Shown: positions 16,113 through 25,670, counted from the first letter of the stretch. The stretch: DNA of 40,863 bases from a virus (IMGVR_UViG_3300017766_000521:1-40863); one strand, 5' to 3'. A program made the numbers and translations. Notes: generated by a model not told the origin, from the sequence alone.

Positions 16113-16790
16113 CAGGCTCAGGCGTAACCGTGTTTGCCAGTGTGAACGTATATGAACGGGCGCGCGCGTATAGTCTATCCGTTACAGAGATGCAAGCATT
16201 ATTTCATAGCCAAGTTTAAAATACCATACTACAGACAAGCCCAAGCATATAAAGCTTCGCTTATGTCCGCCATGGTTCAGCCCGTGCCTACACGGTACAG
16301 CCTAAGCGACCCTCGGTTTCAAGAACCGTGCAAACAGGTGATAACGTGTTGATCTAATTGTAGAAACCCACCGTTGTGCCGTCTAGCCGTGCCATCCCAT
16401 GGTAAAGATCGTGTTAGCCCATGGTGTAGGCCAAGAAAAATCACGACCGGGACCATGGCATACGGGGGAAACTTGGCCTGCGCCGCTTAGCGCAAGGTTC
16501 TCAGATTTTTGCCAGAAATCTGTTCACCCCTCTCTAACCCCTCCTAACCCCCTCAAACCCTCCCTAACCCTCTCTAACCCCTCTCTAACCCCCTCAAACC
16601 CTCCCTAACCCCCTCAAACCCTCCCTAAGCCCCGTATAGCCCTATAGAGCCCCGTACAGCCCTGTCCTAACCCTATGGCACCCTAGGTAGCCCCAAGCCA
16701 ACAAAGGGCGTGTACGGGCTTCCTAGGGGCCTTAGCGTGGATTTAACTGGGTAGACGCTAGTTTGTCCATAGACGGACGCTAGTAGGTCT
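16113..16790. other. Non-coding genome-end junction (expected position of the direct terminal repeat and packaging signals)
   Basis: Lies between the last late gene (phoH) and the first early promoter, as in T7-like genomes. Only one copy is present, so repeat boundaries cannot be seen. Confidence 0.6.
16527..16694. repeat. Phased C-run array (CCCTCYCTAA/CCCCCTCAAA-like units, ~10-11 bp period)
   Basis: About 17 consecutive units each starting with a C3-5 run; no G on the plus strand from 16523 to 16628. Confidence 0.9.
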
Positions 16791-17567
16791 TCAGACAGAC
16801 GCTGTGAACCCCATGCTAGGCTGGTCTAACCCTGCCTCAACCGCATCCTCAAAGTCGGTGAACGCCTCTGCCCACAGCTTGCAGATGCCTGATCGCACCA
16901 CGTCTTCATTGGTGAACTCAATGACAGGCACTGGGAGGTCCAGATGTTCAACCATGGCTAGCACTGCGGCTAACCCGCATGAACCCTCGTCTTCCAGTTT
17001 AAGATCGGTCTGCCTGATGTCACCATTGACGATGACTTTTGAGCCTTCGCCAATACGGGTTAGGAACATCTTGATCTGGGAGTAGGTGGTGTTCTGAGCC
17101 TCGTCTAGAAAGATGAGAGCCCGGTCAAACGTGCGTCCCCTCATGTAGGCGATAGGGGCGATCTCGATCTGCCCTTCGCTCATCGCCTGTCTAAACCTGT
17201 CTTTACCCAGTCTCTTCTGCATGACCTCGGTGAACGGGACCACCCATGGGGCGATCTTTCTACCTATGTCACCCGGTAGAAACCCGTGTTCCTCGTCTAC
17301 GCCAATGGCAGGTCGGGTTAGAACGATCTTCTCGATCTTGCCTTCCAGTAGTAGGTCAGCAGCAACAGTAGCCGCTATGAACGTCTTGCCAGTACCGGCT
17401 GGACCTAGGGTGAACACTTGGTCTCCCTTGAGGATAGCCCGGATATACTCGGCTTGACGCTTGTTGAGGGCCTTTAGAGGCTCCCGTACTGGCTCCTCTC
17501 TGGGCCTCTTAGGGAGGTTAGAGAAGCGGTGTGGGGGACGTTTAGCCTTCTTGGAAGCCCTCGCCAT
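16791..17567 (-). CDS. phoH: PhoH-family ATPase
   Basis: GPAGTGKT, LTRPA, GFLPGD, YMRGRTF, DEAQN, KMFLTRIG, GDIRQTD, DVVRSG. Confidence 0.95.
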   Translation of the reverse strand: MARASKKAKRPPHRFSNLPKRPREEPVREPLKALNKRQAEYIRAILKGDQVFTLGPAGTGKTFIAATVAADLLLEGKIEKIVLTRPAIGVDEEHGFLPGDIGRKIAPWVVPFTEVMQKRLGKDRFRQAMSEGQIEIAPIAYMRGRTFDRALIFLDEAQNTTYSQIKMFLTRIGEGSKVIVNGDIRQTDLKLEDEGSCGLAAVLAMVEHLDLPVPVIEFTNEDVVRSGICKLWAEAFTDFEDAVEAGLDQPSMGFTASV

Positions 17568-17939
17568 TCACTTTGCTCCACGCTCGATGACGTAGAGGGT
17601 CACACTTTCAGGACCAAAGAACTCAGAGATGGTCTCCATGACCACACTGGTGTCAAAGGACTTGCAGGAGAAGACATCAATATAGGCTTCCCCAGTAACG
17701 TCTACGAAGTGAGCGCAGATATTCGAGGTCTCAATCAGTTGAACAAGGGTATACCCAGCCTTACCGGGGTCATGCTCAGCGAAATGGACAGCGGTAGGCT
17801 CTCCATATGCCTTCATGTCGATCCGTTTGACCAGTTCTTTGGAGAACGCTTTGATATGTTCACCATCAGTGATCTTGGTTTTGTCACAGCCAGCGCAGTC
17901 AAATGCAGCGTGGTATCCCCAAATGTATTTTTTAGACAT
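17568..17939 (-). CDS. speD: Pyruvoyl-dependent S-adenosylmethionine decarboxylase-family proenzyme
   Basis: GYHAAFDCAGCD, GYTLVQLIETSNICAHF (self-cleavage region), AYIDVFSCKSFD, FGP, IERG. Confidence 0.85.
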   Translation of the reverse strand: MSKKYIWGYHAAFDCAGCDKTKITDGEHIKAFSKELVKRIDMKAYGEPTAVHFAEHDPGKAGYTLVQLIETSNICAHFVDVTGEAYIDVFSCKSFDTSVVMETISEFFGPESVTLYVIERGAK

Positions 17940-17951
17940 GAATTAACTCTG

Positions 17952-19631
17952 TTAACGCCCGTAAACCGGGTTCCAATTACGGTTAGAACGACGTTTGCCA
18001 ATAGCGTGTTCTAGGAAAGCCTCCACCTCCCTCTGCATGGCGTCTTCTCGCTCTCTGGCGATGCCTCTGTCAGCATCTTGAGCCATGTTTTCGACCCAGT
18101 AACCCACGGCCATAGCCAGTGCGTCTATGCGGTCATCATGTTTGAGAGCCCCACGCTCATGGGAGATGCGGGTTAGCTGGTAAATGAGGGTCTTGGTGTA
18201 CTTGTTATCACCATCGTATTGCTGGGCAGTCCTGTAGTCATCCTCGATGACCATCCTGTCCACCAAGAGCTTGTGCCTGTTCATCACAGGTTCAAGCACG
18301 TCAATGATACGTCTCTCCTTCTGTGTGGAGTGTTTAACCTCCTCGATAGCGCAGGGGTGAACCTTGGAGATAACAGGGGTGAACAGGGAGGTGTACATGC
18401 CATCACCAAAGTTAGCCTCGATGATGACGTGGTTGACCTGTTCTTCCTTGGCTATCATGGCGAGCTTCTGGAGGGTGGGCATGTCGTATCCACCCGGTAG
18501 ACCCCCGCATCGCCTCACGTAGAGGAAGCCGTTGAGCATTTTAACCACGGCATAACCAGTTTCGTCCTTGCCTCGACCGCTAGGGTCTATGGACATGACT
18601 GTGCCTGTGTACTCAGCGAAGGTGTCAGCATGGCTAGCAAAGGTGTAGAACCTGTCTCCAGCCATGGCGAGGTTGGGTAGCTCCCTTAGCTCCCTCTTGC
18701 TGTCAGGCATCCAGTCAACCTTCATGGGAGCCTTGTCTACAGGCACATCCATGACGATCAGGTCTCTGATCTTGAGTGGGAACCTGTCAGCATCGCTAAG
18801 CTGGGTGTTCAACATGAACTGCAACTGGAAGCCAGAGCGTCCATACTCAGCTTCACGAGCGGCTAGATCGAGGTCTGTAAAGCGGTGAGGATCAGTTGTA
18901 GACCCTTCTTCACCTCTCTCCATGAGCTTCTTGATGTATGGGGCTAACGCCTCTCCATACTTGTCAGCCTCAGTCTTAGACGGGATACGAGCAGGCCAGA
19001 CCCTAAGCTCAAAGGTCTCTGGCAGCTTGTTGTAGATCGAGTCTTCAGTCTGAGGTGTGCCTAGGTAGATGATCTTAGACGTGTCTAACGGCTTCAGAAT
19101 GGCTGAGAACTCTTTAGTCCTCTCCAACAGCTTCTCACGCATGTCAGCCGTGGCTGAATTGTTTAGAACCTCCACGTCATCAGCGATGATCTCGTCAGCA
19201 CGGGAGCCAGTAAGCTGACCTGTGATGCCCACAGACTTAACTGAGGGTGACTGGTCAGCCTTGGCAGGCGCTACGTCAAACTCGATACGACTATTGCGTT
19301 GCTCCTCCCGTGGACGGAGGTGAGCAAGGATGTCCATCTCTTGGATCAGGCGCATCGTAAAGGTTGAAAAGGCGTCTGCACGGCTTTTAGAGGCTGACAC
19401 CACAAGGAACTTCAACTGGGGGTTACAATAGAGACGCCAGAGGACGTAAGCAGCCGTAATGAATGACTTGCCTACGCCTCGGAACGCCTCGATAGCAATC
19501 TTGTTAGGACCGTGTTGAAGGAAGTAAGCAATGTCGTACTGGATAGGGGTAGGATCAGGTAGACCTATGTGCTTCCAAACGACATACAGGAACTTACGGA
19601 AGTCCTGTTTAATAAGGTCTATCTCTGTCAA
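17952..19631 (-). CDS. Terminase large subunit (T7 gp19-like)
   Basis: AFRGVGKS, LTGSRADEIIADDVE, LGTPQT, IDPSGRGKDETG, HDDRIDAL. Confidence 0.97.
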   Translation of the reverse strand: MTEIDLIKQDFRKFLYVVWKHIGLPDPTPIQYDIAYFLQHGPNKIAIEAFRGVGKSFITAAYVLWRLYCNPQLKFLVVSASKSRADAFSTFTMRLIQEMDILAHLRPREEQRNSRIEFDVAPAKADQSPSVKSVGITGQLTGSRADEIIADDVEVLNNSATADMREKLLERTKEFSAILKPLDTSKIIYLGTPQTEDSIYNKLPETFELRVWPARIPSKTEADKYGEALAPYIKKLMERGEEGSTTDPHRFTDLDLAAREAEYGRSGFQLQFMLNTQLSDADRFPLKIRDLIVMDVPVDKAPMKVDWMPDSKRELRELPNLAMAGDRFYTFASHADTFAEYTGTVMSIDPSGRGKDETGYAVVKMLNGFLYVRRCGGLPGGYDMPTLQKLAMIAKEEQVNHVIIEANFGDGMYTSLFTPVISKVHPCAIEEVKHSTQKERRIIDVLEPVMNRHKLLVDRMVIEDDYRTAQQYDGDNKYTKTLIYQLTRISHERGALKHDDRIDALAMAVGYWVENMAQDADRGIAREREDAMQREVEAFLEHAIGKRRSNRNWNPVYGR

Positions 19632-19855
19632 TGAACGTGGTCTTCCTCGTCATCGAAGGTAGGCAATGCAGCCGCCAGTTTACCCAGAGGGCTATCCTCG
19701 CTAGCCACAGCCTCAATACCGTTGTTCTGAAGGAACTTGATTGCTGCGTTAATATCGGCTGGGGAGGCTTCACCCGTGGCTATACGCCGGGTTAGCTCTT
19801 CCGCAACCAGCTTGTGAAGCTCGCCCAGAGCCTCTTCTGTAGCTCTCTTCTTCAC
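19628..19855 (-). CDS. Terminase small subunit (T7 gp18-like)
   Basis: KRATEEALGELHKLVA...ASPADINAAIKFLQNNGI; GTG start at 19855 overlapping the upstream stop. Confidence 0.88.
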   Translation of the reverse strand: MKKRATEEALGELHKLVAEELTRRIATGEASPADINAAIKFLQNNGIEAVASEDSPLGKLAAALPTFDDEEDHVH

Positions 19856-20073
19856 TTGGGCAACACTCCAAACCAAGGTGCGAACTTGGCTATCATGGCT
19901 CCTACTGTTGAGGAGATGCCAGCCACCAGCATGAGGGTCTTCCACCCTCCTTTAGCCTCTTGCAGGGTCTCTTTAATCACCCGTACATCAGCTTTAACTT
20001 CGTCCATGTCCTTGCGAACGTGGTCTAGCTCAGTCTTCAGGATAGCGATCTGCACTTCGTGGTTCTCACTCAT
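19852..20073 (-). CDS. Putative holin (coiled coil plus C-terminal TM)
   Basis: Within the lysis cassette; one hydrophobic C-terminal helix. Confidence 0.5.
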   Translation of the reverse strand: MSENHEVQIAILKTELDHVRKDMDEVKADVRVIKETLQEAKGGWKTLMLVAGISSTVGAMIAKFAPWFGVLPK

Positions 20074-20273
20074 TGGCAGACCTCCTTGTAAGCAGCGTTA
20101 TGCTGTTTTACCTGTCGGACTGTCTCAGGGGTGTCTTTGTTAGACCATGTGATCGGCGGGAAAGACGTGCATACAAGGCTAGTTCCGCCTGAAGCCATCG
20201 TCTTCGAACAGCCGCCCACGGTCAGACTCAGAAGCAGAAACGCTCCTAGCGTGGTTAGCTTTGGATATTGCAT
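20070..20273 (-). CDS. Outer-membrane spanin (Rz1-like lipoprotein)
   Basis: Signal peptide with lipobox VGG-C; CTSFPPITWS.KDT.ET..QV..HNA...C; overlaps the i-spanin in another frame. Confidence 0.8.
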   Translation of the reverse strand: MQYPKLTTLGAFLLLSLTVGGCSKTMASGGTSLVCTSFPPITWSNKDTPETVRQVKQHNAAYKEVCQ

Positions 20274-20415
20274 TGTTGTTCTCTTCTAACGACTTCATGC
20301 GAGCGTTATCAGAGGCGTCCTTGCGTCCCTTTCCATACACAGAGGCTAGAATGGTGAACACGACGCCTAGCACTGCTAGCACTCGGTAAAATGGGTTAAG
20401 CAATAGTGAGAGCAT
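20179..20415 (-). CDS. Inner-membrane spanin (Rz-like)
   Basis: N-terminal TM, YGKGR, helical periplasmic part, DDGFRR end. Confidence 0.75.
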   Translation of the reverse strand: MLSLLLNPFYRVLAVLGVVFTILASVYGKGRKDASDNARMKSLEENNNAISKANHARSVSASESDRGRLFEDDGFRRN

Positions 20416-21119
20416 TACACGCCCTCCTGTTTAGACTTCTCAATCCGCTCTTTGATGATCCACACAGTGGCGGCAAGGCTGACCAAGGCTAGCCCTATGA
20501 GCAACCATGTAGGAGGGATAGAGCCAACGTCAGCGGCTATCTGTGCAGACGCAGAGGTAACAGCGGCTACACCTGACAGACCAGCAGCGACGTTAGTTGT
20601 GCTGTTAAAAGCAGACTTGCCAACACTAGGTTCAGCACCGCTGACCATGTGATCGTCATTTTCTACACCCTCTGTAAACAACTTGCCTTCCTCAGCTCGC
20701 CTCTTGACCAACCCTTTCATCACCTTGCCAGCGGCACGGTTATACATGGCTAGCTTTGCAGGAACGAGGTCGAACCGGCTGTCATTGACGGCCTTGAGGA
20801 CACTGGATTTAGAGAAGGTGTTAGGCCCCACGTTGTAGCAGAAGCTAACAAGGGATGAGAATTGGTTGTCTGTGATTGGCACTTTGACGGAGAACCTAAC
20901 GTGGTTCTCAAACTTCTTGAGGTCTCGTCTAAAGATTTCCTCTGCCTCATCCCTAGAGATGGTCATACCGAGGTAGACCTTGGGAGGACCGGCGGCAGAG
21001 GTGTGACCATACCCGATTGTGTACGGCTCACCCCTGCTACCGGGGTCAGGATAGGCTTTCAGACGTAGACCTTCGTGAGCCCTGATGAGATCAAAGCCCT
21101 CTTGGGTCAGCTTGTTCAT
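20415..21119 (-). CDS. Endolysin, GH24 (T4-like) muramidase with C-terminal hydrophobic segments
   Basis: HEGLRLKAYPD...TIGYGHT catalytic E/D/T, ALVSF.YNVG-like and GLVKRRAEE motifs; hydrophobic C-terminal tail. Confidence 0.92.
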   Translation of the reverse strand: MNKLTQEGFDLIRAHEGLRLKAYPDPGSRGEPYTIGYGHTSAAGPPKVYLGMTISRDEAEEIFRRDLKKFENHVRFSVKVPITDNQFSSLVSFCYNVGPNTFSKSSVLKAVNDSRFDLVPAKLAMYNRAAGKVMKGLVKRRAEEGKLFTEGVENDDHMVSGAEPSVGKSAFNSTTNVAAGLSGVAAVTSASAQIAADVGSIPPTWLLIGLALVSLAATVWIIKERIEKSKQEGV

Positions 21120-21574
21120 TCATTCGGCTCCATAGAGGGCCAAACGATGTTGAACGGGTCAGCCTGTAGGGTCACGTCTCGCAGTTGCTGACGATAGGTT
21201 GACCAGTCTGCCTTGTCGATGATTGACAGAGGCGAGTCAGGAAGCTGCGTCCAGTCACTATCGGCTAACAACTTGTTACGCTGGGTACGCACTTGTGACC
21301 ACTGGGTCTCAGTAGCCGCAGCAATGGTCTCCACGTCCCAATCAGAGACAAGCCATTTCTGAACCCAGTTACCCAGAGCGTCTTGCTCGACGCCATCAAG
21401 GTAAGCCGTTTGGAACCGGGTAGTCTCAGGTTGAGGAGAGGTTAGAACAGGGTCTACGCCAATGGCGTCACAGGTGGACGAGTCCCACACCGCAGGGAAC
21501 GAGATGTTAGAATGGAGTTTCCTAATCTCGCCCTGCGTGAGGACCGCACCCGTTTCACGGATACGGTAAAGCAT
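21116..21574 (-). CDS. Tail fibre assembly chaperone
   Basis: VRTQRNKLLADSDWTQLPD...W..YRQQLRDVT.Q..P.NI.WP motif; follows a fibre gene. Confidence 0.8.
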   Translation of the reverse strand: MLYRIRETGAVLTQGEIRKLHSNISFPAVWDSSTCDAIGVDPVLTSPQPETTRFQTAYLDGVEQDALGNWVQKWLVSDWDVETIAAATETQWSQVRTQRNKLLADSDWTQLPDSPLSIIDKADWSTYRQQLRDVTLQADPFNIVWPSMEPNE

Positions 21575-21603
21575 TTGGTTGAAATCCCTTTTCGCCTGTG
21601 AAA

Positions 21604-24222
21604 TTAGGCGATAGCTAGGTAGATATAAGAAGCACCGTTTGTATTGGTGTTTTTGCCGAGATCAGAAGCGCCACCACTAACTTGGTTGACAATGAACCCG
21701 GAAGAGGTCAGGTCAATCGAGTCGGTTGTAGTGGTCTGTGCAGCAGCACGGTTGAAAGCTAATGCGGGATCGCTTGCTGCTACAATACCTCTGGCTGTGT
21801 CAAAAACCATCCAATCGCCGGTGCTGTCAGAACGCTTTATGAGAACAAAGCGCGCGCCGTTAGAGAACCCACAGTCAATCGTCTGTGACGTTCCATTGCC
21901 TGTGTAGGAGCCAACCTTACTTACGCCTGCCACTGACGCAAATAGGTAAGCCACATAGTTAATCCCAGTAGCATTATTGATACCGTAGTCACCAGCAACA
22001 CCAACATAAAACGATGAAGAAGTTGCCGTCGAGTTGCCCCATATGCTCGACGTGTCTGATGCGTTTGAAAGGTTCAGGTACAGCGTTTTATTGTTTCCAA
22101 GCGCAGCGGAGTAAACAGGCCAGTTTGTAGCATCGTTCCTTGCTTTAACAATCAAAAGTTCTGGAGACGTGCCTAGGTTATGTGCTACAGCGCGCGCTGA
22201 TGTACTGTTTCCTGAGTAGCACACAACGTCAAAGAAGCCGGGGGAACGACGGAAGCTCCACGAAATATGTGGAGAACTTCCATCGTTTGTTGCACCTGCA
22301 TTGCTCGGACCAAGAATAAAACCGGTGTTGGAATAGCCGGTCACATCTCCGGTGCTTCCAACTGATGCGCTTGTAGAGTTTGTGTAGAGAACTTCTTTGC
22401 CACGTAGTTTATCTTGCGAAACAAGCCAGTCGCCGGAATTGGTACGACAAATAATCTGAGCATCGTTTGCAAAACCGGTCGTGATTGCGAGCGTGGTGTT
22501 AGTGCCAGTATAAGTTACCGGTGCAAACACACTCGTCCCGCTCGTCGGCGTCCGCATCGGGCCACGGCGGATGGCGATGTAAACCCAAGTGCCGGTCGTG
22601 CCATTCAACTGAAATCCGGTTGGAGATATATTGATATTGAAAGTTGTATTTGTCTCAGCCGTGGTACTGTTCCAGAGGATATATGGAGCGCCTGAAGCAG
22701 AGGACGACGAAGCGTCTGTGCCTACAACTCCTCTCATATTATCAATTACGAACCAGTTACCAGTAGTAGACGAAGGCTTCAAAAGGAGCCATTGCGGCTC
22801 ATAACCGAGCGTTACGGTTGGAGCGCCAGTAAACGACCCACACGTAATCACATTGTCGGAACCAGAGTTTCCAAAACCACCGGCATCGTGCGCAAACACA
22901 TAAGCGACGTAGTTAGTGCCGTTCTGGTTCAGCGTCGTCGTCGCAACATAGAAGTCTGTCGCGGTCGGAGACGTGCTTCCCCAAATAGTTGTGGTTGCCT
23001 GAGCGCCAGTGCCGGAAAGGCGCATGAATTGCGTGGCAGGCGTCGTCATTCCGCGATGGTACACGTACCAGTCGGAGCCACCCGGAGCAGTGCCGGAATA
23101 GTATTTAACAATGATGCAACCCGGCGTTGAGCCAAGGCTGTGGGGGATCGCACGAGCGCCTGCTGCACCGTTGCCTGTATACGTCACAACGTCAAAGAAC
23201 TTCGCCTGCTTGCGGAAGGTCCATGAGGCGTAAGTGTACGTGTTAGTGTTTACTGCACCGTCAACACCAACAGAAAACCCATTTCCATTAAATGCCGAAA
23301 GGTAGTCCGTTATGCTATATGCTTGGGAGGCTGTTGTGTCGCTTCTCAGCCTGTTTCCAGCGCCTCTAGCAGTGTCGTGCCACATAGGCTCAGAACCTAT
23401 GTTTCGACCTTTGATAACTACAAGACCACCTTTGCCAGAACCATCATTAAAAGGTCCAAAGGTGTCACTTGCTACCGTGCCTACCTTAGTTATCGTAAGG
23501 TTATTCCCTGAGTTATCTACAAAGGGAGTAGCGCCTTGTAGCGTTAAAAGGGAGGTTCCAGAAACTGCCGTTAAAGCGGCTGTTGGCGCAGTGAAATTGC
23601 CTGTGTAAAGCGCCGTGCCTTTAACAACACGGAAATTGGATATGTATGCGTGAGAGTTGTTACCGCCGTTAGCATAAGCCCCAATGATCATCGGAGAGGA
23701 TGTCACAAGGAAAGGGGCCTCGCTGGAGGTGACAGTCGTACCTACCTGAACGCCGTTCACAAAACAGCGAACGGAAGTACCAGATTTTGTGAGAGCGATG
23801 TGATACCAAGTGTTTAAAGCTAGGGTACAACTAAAATTGAACTGTGCTCCAGAACCCGGCTGATACTCAAAATTAGTTCCAGAACTGCGTGGGCCAAAAT
23901 AGTTATTTACACTCGTACTGCCAAACAAGTTGTTGAGACTGTTCCAAGCATTGAAATATGCGAAACATTCAACAGTCCAGTTAACAGAGTTGAGATCAAG
24001 AACAGACCCTGATGCTGCCGGTACGCTTACATAGCAGTTGTTGCTATTATCAAAGAGTGCCGATCCGCCCCCATTTGAGCCAAGAGCTATTCCGTTTTTG
24101 ATCGTCTGAGGAGTTCCGGTTCCAGTGTATAAGCTGGTAGCAAATACGTCCTCAATATAAGCACCGGGGGTTGCCGCAGTCACAGCACCGGCAGCACCCA
24201 TCAGAATGTCATGCGCTGCCAT
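21604..24222 (-). CDS. Tail fibre / receptor-binding protein with LamG-like domain and repeated YTGNG modules
   Basis: WTVECFAY...WYHIALTKSG...FVNG...YISNFRVVKG; repeated FFDVV.Y.GNG...HSLG..P modules; YIYLAIA end. Confidence 0.8.
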   Translation of the reverse strand: MAAHDILMGAAGAVTAATPGAYIEDVFATSLYTGTGTPQTIKNGIALGSNGGGSALFDNSNNCYVSVPAASGSVLDLNSVNWTVECFAYFNAWNSLNNLFGSTSVNNYFGPRSSGTNFEYQPGSGAQFNFSCTLALNTWYHIALTKSGTSVRCFVNGVQVGTTVTSSEAPFLVTSSPMIIGAYANGGNNSHAYISNFRVVKGTALYTGNFTAPTAALTAVSGTSLLTLQGATPFVDNSGNNLTITKVGTVASDTFGPFNDGSGKGGLVVIKGRNIGSEPMWHDTARGAGNRLRSDTTASQAYSITDYLSAFNGNGFSVGVDGAVNTNTYTYASWTFRKQAKFFDVVTYTGNGAAGARAIPHSLGSTPGCIIVKYYSGTAPGGSDWYVYHRGMTTPATQFMRLSGTGAQATTTIWGSTSPTATDFYVATTTLNQNGTNYVAYVFAHDAGGFGNSGSDNVITCGSFTGAPTVTLGYEPQWLLLKPSSTTGNWFVIDNMRGVVGTDASSSSASGAPYILWNSTTAETNTTFNINISPTGFQLNGTTGTWVYIAIRRGPMRTPTSGTSVFAPVTYTGTNTTLAITTGFANDAQIICRTNSGDWLVSQDKLRGKEVLYTNSTSASVGSTGDVTGYSNTGFILGPSNAGATNDGSSPHISWSFRRSPGFFDVVCYSGNSTSARAVAHNLGTSPELLIVKARNDATNWPVYSAALGNNKTLYLNLSNASDTSSIWGNSTATSSSFYVGVAGDYGINNATGINYVAYLFASVAGVSKVGSYTGNGTSQTIDCGFSNGARFVLIKRSDSTGDWMVFDTARGIVAASDPALAFNRAAAQTTTTDSIDLTSSGFIVNQVSGGASDLGKNTNTNGASYIYLAIA

Positions 24223-25670
24223 TACTTAACGTCCTTACCCAAGACCAACCCAGTCCACGTCGTGCCACCATCGTGTGTGAAGAAGCCCAACACGTCTCTA
24301 CCCGATGCAGTCAGGGTAGGAGCAGTGCCAGACGCCCACTTCATGCCTGACCACCAAGTGATCGTTGCCGATCCACCGTTGGTAAGATCAAGGATGAACG
24401 AGGCTGACGTGCCAGTAGATGGGACGTTAGACACGGTTAGCGTCGTTGCGCCTGAGATCGTCTTGGTGAAGTAATTGCCAGACGACAGGTTCACATCGTT
24501 AGCGCCCATGGCTACACGGGTCTCAAACAGGGCTACCGTGGTAAGCGTCTTGCCAGTGACCGTCTGCGTACCCGTAAGGGTCACAGTGGTCGAGATGGGA
24601 GCATAGGTAGACGCTGCGTTAGCCGTCGTAAGATACGAGGACATACCCGCTTGCGTCTGATAGGTGGAAGACGCTGTGGCTGACGTGAGGTAAGCCGACA
24701 TGCCAGCCTGTGTCTGATAGGTAGACGAGGCGCTAGCCGTAGTTAGGTAGGTAGACGAGGCGTCTGCCGTGGTCAGATACGAGGACATGCCTGAGATTGG
24801 CTGATAGGTAGACGAGGCGTTAGCCGTAGTCAGATACCCGGCAGAAGCGTGGTTGCCCCATCCATACGCTGTATCCCAGTTTGTGACCTTGGTAGACGTG
24901 ATGCCAGCCGCAGGGCTAGCCGAGAACACAGGGTCAGCCTCGGTGAACGAGGTGAGATAGGTGTTAGTATCGAGTGACCAAGTGTTGGCAGCGGTCTTCT
25001 TGAGTAGACCAGAGGTGCCAGCAAGGCCAGCAATAGCGGTTAGATCAGCGTCAGCATCCTGCTTACCAGACAGGAACGTGTCTACCTCAGTCTCAGTGTA
25101 GTACCGGCTGTCGTGGTCGTGGCCTACGTTGGCGAAGTCAGTAATGGACGCAAAGCTGTCCTTGATGAGCTTACCAGTGCTACCATCGAACAGCACAATG
25201 TTGCCATTGGTGGCTGAAGAGGGACCAGTAACGTCACCAGCGCCTGACCCGGATGCACCAGTCGGGCCTTTAATGTTAGCGATGGGTGAACCCCATGCGC
25301 CAGAAACTTTCTCATATACGTCACCAGTGGACGTATTCAGGTAGAGGTCGCCGTTGACCCCTGTACCGGCAGACGGAGCGCCTGAGCCGGTGTACCACTT
25401 CTCGCCGTTAGCCCCGGCAGGCCCTGTAGGCCCTTGTGGACCCTGTGGACCAGTAGCCCCAGTGGCACCCGCAGGACCAGTAGCCCCTGTAGGACCGGCA
25501 GGCCCCTGTGGACCTGTGCTACCGAGGATTTCAACCACAGAGCCAGCGGCGTTCTTCGTGTAAATCTTCTTATCGGTCAGGTTGACCGCAAGCTCGCCAA
25601 CATCAAGCTGACCGGCTGTAGGAGCCTTGCCAGCGACGGACGAACGCTTCAGTTGGATTTTGGTAGGCAT
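24222..25670 (-). CDS. Tail fibre protein with Mtd-like N-terminus, collagen-like region and YLTT repeats
   Basis: [13 protein letters not shown]...[13 protein letters not shown]; ~13 G-X-Y triplets; five YLTTA.ASSTY-like repeats. Confidence 0.8.
   Translation of the reverse strand: MPTKIQLKRSSVAGKAPTAGQLDVGELAVNLTDKKIYTKNAAGSVVEILGSTGPQGPAGPTGATGPAGATGATGPQGPQGPTGPAGANGEKWYTGSGAPSAGTGVNGDLYLNTSTGDVYEKVSGAWGSPIANIKGPTGASGSGAGDVTGPSSATNGNIVLFDGSTGKLIKDSFASITDFANVGHDHDSRYYTETEVDTFLSGKQDADADLTAIAGLAGTSGLLKKTAANTWSLDTNTYLTSFTEADPVFSASPAAGITSTKVTNWDTAYGWGNHASAGYLTTANASSTYQPISGMSSYLTTADASSTYLTTASASSTYQTQAGMSAYLTSATASSTYQTQAGMSSYLTTANAASTYAPISTTVTLTGTQTVTGKTLTTVALFETRVAMGANDVNLSSGNYFTKTISGATTLTVSNVPSTGTSASFILDLTNGGSATITWWSGMKWASGTAPTLTASGRDVLGFFTHDGGTTWTGLVLGKDVK

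Noticed and set aside
16152-16608. Plus-strand ORFs 16152..16352 and 16399..16608
   Set aside because: Wrong strand for this genome, no RBS; the second merely translates the repeat array.
16527-16694. CRISPR or mini-array interpretation (also considered for 11987-12217)
   Set aside because: Units are ~10 bp or shorter, degenerate and lack unique spacers; no cas genes.
3875-19631. Introns, inteins or stop-codon recoding in polA, helicase, RNAP or terminase
   Set aside because: ORFs are continuous and of expected length under the standard code; TAG serves as a stop (e.g. 12259, 14794, 20179).
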